DNA of 59,919 bases, from the NCBI GenBank assembly GCA_012517255.1, contig JAAYVH010000027.1, positions 1 through 59,919 on the forward strand, given 5' to 3'. The position numbers were made by a program, and so were the translations under genes. The notes under the pieces are model-generated. The model had not been told where the DNA came from. It made no database searches and saw only the letters and a list, made by a program, of their open reading frames with translations. Below are positions 31,801 to 39,894 of the stretch, one piece after another. Positions within the stretch are counted from its first letter, which is position 1; each line of letters opens with the position of its first letter. This DNA is from Chthonomonadales bacterium. GTDB taxonomy: Bacteria > Armatimonadota > Chthonomonadetes > Chthonomonadales > CAJBBX01.

Positions 31801-34481
31801 GCGCTCGAAATCCCGAAGAAGATCCCGAAACCGCCGCCGCCAACCCGGAAGTACGTGAATCCGGCATCGTCGCGAACATACTGCGCCTTAAGAGCGTTCG
31901 TCAGGAAGGTGTTGCTCGTGGCCCCATCGAGCGTCAGCGCCCAGCCGATATCCTGGCCGTTGACTAGCAGCCGCCCGCCGGCATTGAGGAAGCCGGTGAG
32001 CTGGGTCTGCGTTGCGAGATCGGTCAGCGTCCCGGGTCCAGCAAACACGTTCCCTGTGTACGGCGCGTGCCATATCACGCATCGGGGAGCGACCGTAACC
32101 GTTCTCGGCGTGGTCTCGCCTGCAATCACGTCCGGCGGCTGCTGGGCCGTGTGAGGCAGATACTGCGCGAGGACCGAGTCAGGCACAGGCCCGCGGCAGA
32201 GGATGCGCCAGATGTCGTATTGCTGCGTCGAGGGCACATCCACCCCGTCCACAACGGTGCCATCCCATAGATCGGAGTCCGCCCCACGAGCTGTGAACGG
32301 GTCGCGAGGATCGAACGCTCCGTAGGACTTCACGCCCAGGGCATTGAGGACGTTCACGAGACTGCCGATGGTGGTGTTGTTCTGATAGCTGCGCGGCAGC
32401 AGGTTGACGTCAATGTCCGTCATCCAGCTCTCCGTGCCCCAGAACGTGTGGCGCACATTGACCAGCGCCGCCTCGCCAAAGCGGGAAGCAAAGAACTTCT
32501 GGCCGGCCGCGTAGTCGCTGACGAACAGGATGCCGCGCCCCGCCTGGAACGGTTGCGTCGAGAAGCCCCAGACGTTGTCGTAGATTTTCCAGTTGATCGT
32601 GTCTCCGCTAAACGGATCCACGGCATTGTCATAGACGATGACGTCTATGTGGTAGTCGCTGGGCGTGGTGGGTGTCGTCCACGTTGCGGCGTAGGTCTGA
32701 ACTCCCGTAACGGGATCGCGCGACTCAAAGCTTAGCTTCAGCCACGAAGCATCGGGCGGGTTGTTCCCTCCCGTGAAAGCCCAGAAGTCCGCCTGGCTCG
32801 CCACGTAGCGCGGGTTCGCGTAGGTATTGACCCGCGGGTCGGACGGGTCATTTCCAATGAAGATGCGCTGGGCCTCATACTCCACGGGAACGCTGAGCGC
32901 CACGTTGTTCTGGTCGAGGTTCAGGCCGGCGCCGACATACACCTTGTGCTCGACACCGTCGGCCGACTGGTACTTGCTGTTCGGGTTCTTGATCTGAACC
33001 CAGACGTCGCGGACGCCGGTCTCAAGATCGGCGACTTTCACCGATATTCTGACGGGCGTGCCGGGGATCGCAAGCCGCGGCTCGACTCGGACCACTTCGC
33101 CCGAAGTCTCATCGAAGCGCACCAGCGTAGGCGCATTCAGGTCCATCAGCGTCGAGGCGAAGATGTCCGTGGGCGTCGTCGGCGTCGGATTTGCCGGCTG
33201 CGAGACCTGGTTCACCGGATCAAACGACGTGCGATTCGATTGGAAGATGACGCGATAGCTGCCGATGAACTGCGGCCAGACCGGCTTCCGGTCGTCATAG
33301 ACATGTCCAGGGTCGCCGGTGGGCAGCTTGAACGCAGCATTCGCGCCCGACTCCGGCGTCGTCACCGTCAGCCAGCCGTCGGGCCCCTGCGCGATCGTAA
33401 CCTTCAGCCAGTAGATATCATGAACGTCGGAAGAGCTCACGGCGTTGGCGTTGCCGTCGTTTGCCGTGTCCAAGCGAGTCGATGCGAATGCGATGAGCTG
33501 CTGGCCGTTGACGAAGCCGCTCGTGTCGAGCTTGTTGGTGCTCCACGACGGCTCGATATTGGACGACTGAGATCCGCCGACGCCGAAGTTGGTGACGCGG
33601 GTCGCCGGCGCGGGCCTATCAGCCGGGATCACCCAGATGTCTCGCGTCGCCTTCACGGCGGATCCCTGCGGGTTGGACCGGTTCGAGTCGAACGCGATCA
33701 CCGAGTTCATCTGCGAGGTGCCCACAGCCGGGCTGAGCGTCGGATTCCGGTCGTCGGAAACGCCCGTCGTGACCTGCTGAACCCTGCCGCTCTGCGTATC
33801 AACCGCGTAGATCTTGAACGGACCGCCTGCGGTGGTTCGACCGGCGAACAGCACGGCGATGTTGGCTCCGGCCCACACGCCGTACTGGGGTCCGCTCAAT
33901 GCCACAAACGAGTAGCCGTCGGCGTTGTTCTTGACGAGGGATCGCGTCGTGCGCGTTCCGAGATCGAGCTCGACGATGTCCACGGAGCCGCCGGCAGTCT
34001 CAACGTAGACAATCTTGTTGCCGGCTGCATTGGCCGCCGGCTCCGTCTGGCTCGTGCTCTCGCCCACTTTGCCCTGTGACAGAGGCCCCGTGATCGCAAC
34101 CACGGCAGCCCCGGCAGGTGTCATGCGATAGATGTGATACAGCGTGCCTGCGGCCGATCCTGCCAGATTGCTGCGGTTCGAGTGGAAGTAGACGCTGTTC
34201 TCGTCCTGCGTCCAGAAAGGCGCCCCGTCCGTCACGAGAGGAGTCTTCGGCGTAATGACAATCGTGGCCTTGGTCGTTTCAGCCCGGGTTTGCTTCACGG
34301 GCTTGGCGGTGACCTCACGCGGCATGGGGGCAGTGGTACTGACGAATGGCGGCCCCTTCGGAGGTTGGACACCGCCCCAGAGACCGTCTCCCTGAGCGAA
34401 CGCCGGGGCTAAGCAGGCTATGGCGAGCAATGGGGAGACCAGTGTGATGGAGCAGAGGTGGGTCAGTCTCACTCTTTTCAA
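28875..34481 (-). CDS. Large secreted protein: TolB/PD40 beta-propeller, carboxypeptidase-regulatory-like repeats, shared C-terminal module and FlgD-Ig domain
   Basis: TTG start with AGGAGGT SD; FHSNR/FDSNR/FASTR/FQSNR blades; repeated ITGxV...GATVT...TDANGxY units; WDQRDSRG..MPAGAY. Confidence 0.85.
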   Translation of the reverse strand: MKRVRLTHLCSITLVSPLLAIACLAPAFAQGDGLWGGVQPPKGPPFVSTTAPMPREVTAKPVKQTRAETTKATIVITPKTPLVTDGAPFWTQDENSVYFHSNRSNLAGSAAGTLYHIYRMTPAGAAVVAITGPLSQGKVGESTSQTEPAANAAGNKIVYVETAGGSVDIVELDLGTRTTRSLVKNNADGYSFVALSGPQYGVWAGANIAVLFAGRTTAGGPFKIYAVDTQSGRVQQVTTGVSDDRNPTLSPAVGTSQMNSVIAFDSNRSNPQGSAVKATRDIWVIPADRPAPATRVTNFGVGGSQSSNIEPSWSTNKLDTSGFVNGQQLIAFASTRLDTANDGNANAVSSSDVHDIYWLKVTIAQGPDGWLTVTTPESGANAAFKLPTGDPGHVYDDRKPVWPQFIGSYRVIFQSNRTSFDPVNQVSQPANPTPTTPTDIFASTLMDLNAPTLVRFDETSGEVVRVEPRLAIPGTPVRISVKVADLETGVRDVWVQIKNPNSKYQSADGVEHKVYVGAGLNLDQNNVALSVPVEYEAQRIFIGNDPSDPRVNTYANPRYVASQADFWAFTGGNNPPDASWLKLSFESRDPVTGVQTYAATWTTPTTPSDYHIDVIVYDNAVDPFSGDTINWKIYDNVWGFSTQPFQAGRGILFVSDYAAGQKFFASRFGEAALVNVRHTFWGTESWMTDIDVNLLPRSYQNNTTIGSLVNVLNALGVKSYGAFDPRDPFTARGADSDLWDGTVVDGVDVPSTQQYDIWRILCRGPVPDSVLAQYLPHTAQQPPDVIAGETTPRTVTVAPRCVIWHAPYTGNVFAGPGTLTDLATQTQLTGFLNAGGRLLVNGQDIGWALTLDGATSNTFLTNALKAQYVRDDAGFTYFRVGGGGFGIFFGISSAYALTPAGAYNPISHDPWVNIPGTFLSSQHVYPGPPEPPGNFHPISAATNYVAAGSDSNNPRALACPGNFYPDVVNSLTGAVPVLTYGGGGTAVHYYLDPATGSRLVYSPMGLEGLFPDWWSPANTQNTIALKNRRSELFHNFVCWARTGTITGTVLDVENAGAPLSNALVRLSNRQSGSQLVTAYTAMTADDGSFFINGVEPAAYEISAMKPGYTIQKRTGVVVHGAARDDISFRMTKAEPAVVTGKVTRLDGTTPVVGATVTLTDVLPPNATFTATTDANGDYTISRVPSQTTYTLTCTAVGYGESIPVSYPVPNPNDPIQGQRDTVLQPAKVYTGFNFKLKAEQGGATGRVLAEATDQPIAGATVTATQGTTNVTAITDANGNYSFSKNNTPPNGLDPGSWGFVAAAAGYSPSAPQTVTVNSNETATVPTIKLATIPPGSISGLVTRTSDGVAQAGVRVEVRDPAGNLVAEGTTTTAVSSGGYTYNYKLEDVPAGVTYTVMVSAQGFTPVPASRQAKVDSQTETRNVNFQMEPLHTFSGSLTLVSTPYDYSAVDAGDLLSIPPADRTNGSFLLATWDLQRYRYYPQAGVNSFRSGRGYFMAYKNNIPLSQEGTVADTSRPFDIPLNVGWNLIGNPFLFDLDWTKSFVVDGGSVKPFNDAIATGAIGSALYTYVSGSYILDYKIAPWRGYWVRAYRNVTLRLDPVIGRYGRAAQSATSRAVLRGAQGWSVNLIAEAGGLRDAGNQFGVATGAAEGFDAYKGEKPPAFGDRFVRVTFDHADWGDRSGGYGVDIRSASNTPRVWEFTVTTAGVGGTATLTWPDIATAGRNAALTLVDVATGVQRDMRSSSGYSWQTDGAVSERKFRIEMAMLDRSALRITDARATQNGRGSGAEISFVTSTAATVTVRILSSSGAVVRTLPAGTSRAAGQQQVRWDQRDSRGITMPAGAYRVEIRAQTPDGKQTARALTQIILTR

Positions 34482-34587
34482 GACGGGTCTTACCTCCTAG
34501 CTAGAGAGCACGCTCATGAACGCGACCAGCCCCAAGGGCGTGGACGAACCGAACGTAATCCGAGCAGCGCCTTGCCCTGCCGAGCGG

Positions 34588-34616
34588 ATTATAGCACAAG
34601 CACCTTGCGTGTGCAA
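34588..34616 (-). promoter_or_regulatory. Strong sigma70 promoter of the 24-kb operon
   Basis: Minus strand TTGCAC-17 bp-TATAAT with extended TG; about 100-nt leader to TTG 34481. Confidence 0.8.
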
Positions 34617-34693
34617 CAACGGTTTTTCCTCGTGCCCAAACGTGCGGATAGCGTCACTCTCTTCAGTTGCGAACGTGATAGTACCGATGCTCA

Positions 34694-35302
34694 TCAGACG
34701 CCGCTGCGCGAGAGCTTGTTCTGCCAGATCTCCTCGACCGATCGAGCAAGGTCGCCGATGGTCCCGTCGTTGACGATCACGTGATCCGCGCGCGCCATCT
34801 TCTCTTCGATCGGCATCTGCGCGCGTATCCGCGCTAGGGCGGCCTCTTCCGCAAGACCATCTCGGTTCTGGAGGCGACGCAACTGCTCGCTCTGTGGAGC
34901 AGCAACGACTACCACCTCGTCGAACCATCCCTCGATGCCAACCTCATAGAGAAGCGGCACTTCTACTGTGACAACCTCCGGTTTCGGCGTCCGGTTGCGC
35001 AACTCCTCCACGGCGTCGCGCAGACGCTTCAGGACGACCGGATGCACGATGGCTTCCAGCCTGCCGCGTGCCTCCGGATCCCGAAAGACGAGTTCGGCAA
35101 GCGCCGCGCGGTCCAGAACGCCGTCTCGAACGTACTGGGCGCCCAGGTCGCGAGCGATGGCCTCGATCAGCGGGCTGCCCGGAGCCGTCGCCTCGCGGGC
35201 GATGGCATCGGCGCTCAGCACGATGGCGCCCCTTTGCGCAAAGAGGCGGGCGACCTCGCTCTTTCCGGTCGCCACGCCTCCTGTGATCCCGATCAGCCGC
35301 AT
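34694..35302 (-). CDS. coaE: Dephospho-CoA kinase
   Basis: IGITGGVATGKS P-loop, ADAIAR, LDRAAL, HPVV, EVPLLYE, RAQMP. Confidence 0.96.
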   Translation of the reverse strand: MRLIGITGGVATGKSEVARLFAQRGAIVLSADAIAREATAPGSPLIEAIARDLGAQYVRDGVLDRAALAELVFRDPEARGRLEAIVHPVVLKRLRDAVEELRNRTPKPEVVTVEVPLLYEVGIEGWFDEVVVVAAPQSEQLRRLQNRDGLAEEAALARIRAQMPIEEKMARADHVIVNDGTIGDLARSVEEIWQNKLSRSGV

Positions 35303-35327
35303 GCGACGTCGCTTTGGGGCTGCCGCG

Positions 35328-36884
35328 TCAGGACTCGGAGTCCTCTTTGGCCCTCAAAGCGTCGCCTATCGTGAATCGAGGCTCATCGCGGTCCTGGCGT
35401 GCCTGATAGTCGTCCATGACCCTGCGTTCTCGGCGCACCTCTTCTTCCTGGCGCGCCTGGCGCAGCGACAGCGTCATCTTGCGCTCATCGGGCCTCAGGT
35501 CAATGATCTTGACTTCCACTTCCATCCCCTGATGGATGAGGTCGCTCGCCTTGACGCCCCTTCTAGAGCTCATCTCCGAGTTCGGAATGATGCCCTCGAT
35601 GCCGCCTTCCACCTGCACGAAGGCCCCGAAGGGAACCATCCGGGTCACCTGGCCGCGAATGACGTCGCCGATGCGGTACATCTTCTCGATTTCACGCCAG
35701 GGGTCGGGCAGTATCTGCCGGCGGCCCAGGCTGACGCGTCCCTGCGAGAGGTCCATCTTCAGGATCACGACCTGAATCTCCTGGCCTTCCTTGAGGACCT
35801 CCTGCGGGTGGTTGATGCGCGTCCATGCCATCTCGGAGATGTGCAGCAGACCGTCTATCCCCCCGAGGTCAACGAATGCGCCATAGTTGGTCAGGCGGCG
35901 CACCGTGCCGGTTCGAATCTGGCCGACCTGCAGGCTCGCGACCGTGTCCTGCTTCTTGTGCTGGCGCTCCTCCTCCATGGCCAATCTGTTGGACAGAACG
36001 ACCTTGCGCCGTTCCTTGTCCACTTCGATCACCTTGAGCGGTATGGACTGCCCCACGAAGCGATCCAGATTGGTCTTGAGAGAACCGTTGCCCACATGCG
36101 ACGCCGGCACAAACCAGCGGATGCCTAGGTCCACCACCAGCCCGCCCTTGACCCTGTCGGTGACCATCGCCTGGATGATCTTGCCGGTCTCCTTGGCCTC
36201 GAGCACGCGCTCCCATGCTTTCTCGAAGTCCGCGCGCTTCTTGCTCAGGATCAGGCGACCATCGGCGCTTTCGGCCTCCATAACGTAAACATCTATCTGT
36301 TCGCCCACCGAAACCAGATCCTCGGCCTGGGCGGTCACATCCTTCGAGAGCTCATTAAGACGGATGATGCCTTCGGACTTGGCGCCGACGTCGACGAGCA
36401 CGCCCTCACGGTCAATGTGGACGACAACCCCTTTCACGACCTCGCCTTCGGTCAGATTGGGGAAGCTCGACTCGTACTGCGCCGCAGCCTGCGAGTTCAT
36501 ACCCTCCGTCTCAGCCGCAGGCTCGGGAGCGCTCGGAGGAGCCGGCGTCGCAACGGGCGCGACTGTCACCTCGGGCGCTGGCGAGGGAGCAGCCTCGGCC
36601 TCGAGGACCGCCTCCACCGCCACAGGCGCTGCGGCAGCCACAACCGTTGCGGGCGGCGCTGGAGGCGCTGGCTCGGAGATCTCGGCAACCACCTCAGGCT
36701 GATCCTCGGAGGCCGTCTCGAGCGTCGGCTCCACTGCCACGGCGGCAGCCTGGGCCTCAGCGGCCTCCTCCGAAGGCGTCGAGTCGGCTGTCTCGGACGT
36801 CTGGACTGGCTGTGCCGTCTCCGCCTCTCCCTGTTCAGTAGCAGCTACCTGCTGGCTCAGATCGTCACGAATCTCCTCGGACAT
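35328..36884 (-). CDS. rpsA: 30S ribosomal protein S1 (four S1 domains) with long acidic/Ala-Pro N-terminal extension
   Basis: VDVGAKSEG, LSKKRA, VKGGLVVD, YGAFVDLGGIDGLLHISE, FGAFV; GAGGAGA SD before ATG 36884. Confidence 0.95.
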   Translation of the reverse strand: MSEEIRDDLSQQVAATEQGEAETAQPVQTSETADSTPSEEAAEAQAAAVAVEPTLETASEDQPEVVAEISEPAPPAPPATVVAAAAPVAVEAVLEAEAAPSPAPEVTVAPVATPAPPSAPEPAAETEGMNSQAAAQYESSFPNLTEGEVVKGVVVHIDREGVLVDVGAKSEGIIRLNELSKDVTAQAEDLVSVGEQIDVYVMEAESADGRLILSKKRADFEKAWERVLEAKETGKIIQAMVTDRVKGGLVVDLGIRWFVPASHVGNGSLKTNLDRFVGQSIPLKVIEVDKERRKVVLSNRLAMEEERQHKKQDTVASLQVGQIRTGTVRRLTNYGAFVDLGGIDGLLHISEMAWTRINHPQEVLKEGQEIQVVILKMDLSQGRVSLGRRQILPDPWREIEKMYRIGDVIRGQVTRMVPFGAFVQVEGGIEGIIPNSEMSSRRGVKASDLIHQGMEVEVKIIDLRPDERKMTLSLRQARQEEEVRRERRVMDDYQARQDRDEPRFTIGDALRAKEDSES

Positions 36885-37015
36885 AGCAACATCTCTCCTC
36901 TCGTGGCGTGCATCCAACCGTATGCTTCACGCCTGCGTACAGTCATGGCGGGCCGTGTACCGCCGGCGCCGTGCTGACGACAGCACGGGGACCCGCCCGA
37001 TAGCACATCGCCGGG

Positions 37016-37021
37016 ATTATA
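37016..37021 (-). promoter_or_regulatory. -10 element of rpsA promoter
   Basis: Perfect TATAAT on the minus strand about 130 bp upstream of rpsA; -35 weak. Confidence 0.55.
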
Positions 37022-37122
37022 GTTTAGACGCTTCACCGGCAGATTCCTTCTACTTCACGCAACAAAATGTCCTGCCGACTCGCGCGGCCTGTCGCCTGTC
37101 CTTTATGACGGAGCGACCCAAG

Positions 37123-39837
37123 CTAGCCGACAGGAGCCATTTCCGCCCAGTTCGGGCCAGCCTTGGCGTCTACCCTGAGCGGCACGGCGATGGAGTACGC
37201 CATCTCCATGCATTGCCGGATCACCGCCGCTGCGTCGCTCAGCGCAGCCGTCGGCGTCTCCACGAGAAGCTCATCGTGCACCTGCAGCAACAGCCTCCAG
37301 GGCCTGCCGCGCGACTGAATATCGTCGCTCACGGCGATCATGGCCAGCTTCATGAGATCGGCGGCAGTGCCCTGAATGGGCATGTTCACCGCCGCTCGCT
37401 CTGCTGCGAGCCGCACGTTGCGGTTGCCGCTGCGCAAGTCAGGGAGATAGCGCCGGCGTCCGAACAGCGTCTCAACGTAACCCGTGGAGCGGGCCAGCTC
37501 CAGCACCTTCTCGGTCCACGTCTTGACGCCGGGGAACTGCCGGAAATACCGCTCGATGAAGTCGCGGGCCTCGCCCACGGGGATGCCAAGAGACTGGGAC
37601 AGCCCGAAGTCGCTCTGGCCATAGATGACGGCGAAGTTCACGGTCTTGGCTCGCCGGCGCATCTCGGGGGTGACATCCTGTGGCTCCGCGCCGAACAGCC
37701 GAACTGCCGTCGCCGTGTGGATGTCTTCGTCGGCTTCGAAGGCCCGTATCAGCTCGGCATCGCGCGTGAAATGCGCGAAGACGCGCAACTCGATCTGCGA
37801 GTAGTCGCACGACAGCAGTGACATGCCGTCGGGAGCGACAAAGGCCTTGCGAATGGATCGGCCTGTCTCCGAGCGCACGGGGATGTTCTGCAGATTGGGG
37901 TCGCTGGACGAAAGGCGACCGGTGGAAGTGACGGTCTGGTTCAGAGTCGTATGAATGCGTCCGGTCGTCGGATTGACGAGCTTGGGGAGGGCGTCGGCGT
38001 AGGTGCTCTTGAGCTTGGTCAGCTCTCGGTACTCGAGGATGAGCCGCGCGATCTCGTGCTCGTGGGCAAGCGTCTCGAGATGGCCGGCGGCCATGGTGTG
38101 ACCGGTCTTCGTGCGCTTGCCGGCCGGCAGCTCGAGCTTCTCGAAGAGCACCCTCTGAAGCTGCTGGGTCGAACCGATCGCAAACCGTTCTCCTGCCAGC
38201 GTGTAGATCGCTTCGCTGAGCTCGTGAATGCGCGCTTCCATCTGGGCAGACAGGGCGGCGAGCCATCGCCTATCCACGAGAATGCCCGCGGCTTCCATGG
38301 CTTCCAGAATCGGTATGAGCGGCATCTCGATGTCGCTCATTACGCGCATCAGGCCATCGCCCTCAAGGCGCGCCTTGAGGGCATCGTACAGCCGCAATGT
38401 CCGCTCGGCAGCCTGGCAAGCCGCATGGGCCGTGTCGGCCGAGGGCTCGTCCGGTTCTTCGTCCATGTAGCGGCTGGCCAGTTCGTTCAGGCCCACGGCG
38501 CCTCGCCCGGGATCGAGCAGATAGCCGGCCACCATGGTATCAAACGCGAACGGTCCGATTGTCACCCCGGATGCTCTTGCCTGCTTCATCAGCGCCTTGA
38601 CGTCATGGGCGACACGGAGGGCGCCCGGCGACGCGAGCGCGCTGGCGAGGGCTGTCGGGCTGACGGCAAAGCCGCGTGGCTCGTCGGATCCGATCAGAAG
38701 ACCGGAGCCGCTCGCCGCCGCCTCGATCGAAACATACACAGCGCGCCGCTCCCCGAAGGCCATAGCGAGTCCCGCCCATTCGCGGCGGTCACCGAACTCG
38801 CGCGTGTCCATATGGATGGCCACGGGTCCATCGCCGATACCCGCCAGCGCAGCCTCGAGATCCTCCGACGACGCACATACGCTCCATTTCAGCTCCCGCT
38901 GACCGGGCGGAGCCGAGGTCTCATGCGGCACGGACTCCACGGCAACGTCCGGCAACCGACGCACGAGGTTGCGGAACTCCAGGTCCGCGAACACGTCGCG
39001 CACGGCCTGCCACGTCGCCGCGGTCGGCGTATACCGCCGCAAGGGTCTCTCCACCGGGGCATCGGTTCGGATCGTAGTCAGCGTCCGGGCGAGCCTGGCG
39101 GTCTCGCCAGCGGAGCGCAGCGCCTCTTTGACCTTTTTCTCGGTGGCGGTCCGGTCCGGAAGCGCATCCACGTTATTCAGCAGGTTCTCCAGCGAGCCCC
39201 ACTGGCGCAGGAGCTTGGCGGCGGTTACCGCGCCGACACCCGGCACTCCGGGCACGTTGTCGGATTTGTCGCCGACGAGGGCCTTGAACTCGGCGACCTG
39301 CTCCGGTCCGATGCCGTACTTTTCGCGCACCCGGTCGGCATCGAAGTCCACGGTCTCGCTGACGCCGCGCGTCGTCATGCGGACCTTCACCCGGTCATCC
39401 ACAAGCTGAAGCTGATCGGAGTCACCGGTCAAGACGATGACATCGTAGCCTTCGGCCTTGCCGACCTCCGCCAGAGTCCCGATCAGATCATCGGCTTCGA
39501 ATCCCGGCACCTCGGCGCAGGCGACGCCGAACGCATCCACCATGCGACGCGCGACATCGAACTGAGCCTTGAGGTCCGGGTCGGTCTCCGGTCGCGTCGC
39601 CTTATAGGCGTCATACAGCTCGTCCCTGAAGGTCGGCCCGGGCGCGTCCCATGCGACGTAGATGGCGTCGGGTTTCTCCTGTTCGAGGATGCTCAACAGC
39701 ATTCCCGTGAAGCCGTGCACGGCTCCTGTCGGCCGCCCATCGCGCGTCCGAAGCGAATCGGCCGAGCCGTAGGCCATGTGAGCTCGGAAGAGCAGGCTGT
39801 AGCCGTCTATCAGCACCAAGCGCGGGCGCGTATTCAT
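37123..39837 (-). CDS. polA: DNA polymerase I
   Basis: LIDGYSL, EADDLIG, GDKSDNVPGV 5'-3' nuclease; TGRLSSSDPNLQNIP, DYSQIELR, AKTVNFAVIYG, LQVHDEL. Confidence 0.97.
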   Translation of the reverse strand: MNTRPRLVLIDGYSLLFRAHMAYGSADSLRTRDGRPTGAVHGFTGMLLSILEQEKPDAIYVAWDAPGPTFRDELYDAYKATRPETDPDLKAQFDVARRMVDAFGVACAEVPGFEADDLIGTLAEVGKAEGYDVIVLTGDSDQLQLVDDRVKVRMTTRGVSETVDFDADRVREKYGIGPEQVAEFKALVGDKSDNVPGVPGVGAVTAAKLLRQWGSLENLLNNVDALPDRTATEKKVKEALRSAGETARLARTLTTIRTDAPVERPLRRYTPTAATWQAVRDVFADLEFRNLVRRLPDVAVESVPHETSAPPGQRELKWSVCASSEDLEAALAGIGDGPVAIHMDTREFGDRREWAGLAMAFGERRAVYVSIEAAASGSGLLIGSDEPRGFAVSPTALASALASPGALRVAHDVKALMKQARASGVTIGPFAFDTMVAGYLLDPGRGAVGLNELASRYMDEEPDEPSADTAHAACQAAERTLRLYDALKARLEGDGLMRVMSDIEMPLIPILEAMEAAGILVDRRWLAALSAQMEARIHELSEAIYTLAGERFAIGSTQQLQRVLFEKLELPAGKRTKTGHTMAAGHLETLAHEHEIARLILEYRELTKLKSTYADALPKLVNPTTGRIHTTLNQTVTSTGRLSSSDPNLQNIPVRSETGRSIRKAFVAPDGMSLLSCDYSQIELRVFAHFTRDAELIRAFEADEDIHTATAVRLFGAEPQDVTPEMRRRAKTVNFAVIYGQSDFGLSQSLGIPVGEARDFIERYFRQFPGVKTWTEKVLELARSTGYVETLFGRRRYLPDLRSGNRNVRLAAERAAVNMPIQGTAADLMKLAMIAVSDDIQSRGRPWRLLLQVHDELLVETPTAALSDAAAVIRQCMEMAYSIAVPLRVDAKAGPNWAEMAPVG

Positions 39838-39894
39838 GGCGAACCTCCAGGTCCGGTGATTCGCCGCATGGCAACCGGACTCCTTCGCTTCGTC

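Noticed and set aside
13756-34481. Flagellar locus (FlgD/FlgT-like domains)
   Set aside because: The domains occur only as modules of large secreted proteins; no flagellar structural or export genes are present.
34482-34585. Possible c-di-GMP or other riboswitch in the leader of the large operon
   Set aside because: No GNRA tetraloop/receptor or other conserved riboswitch core could be matched by eye.
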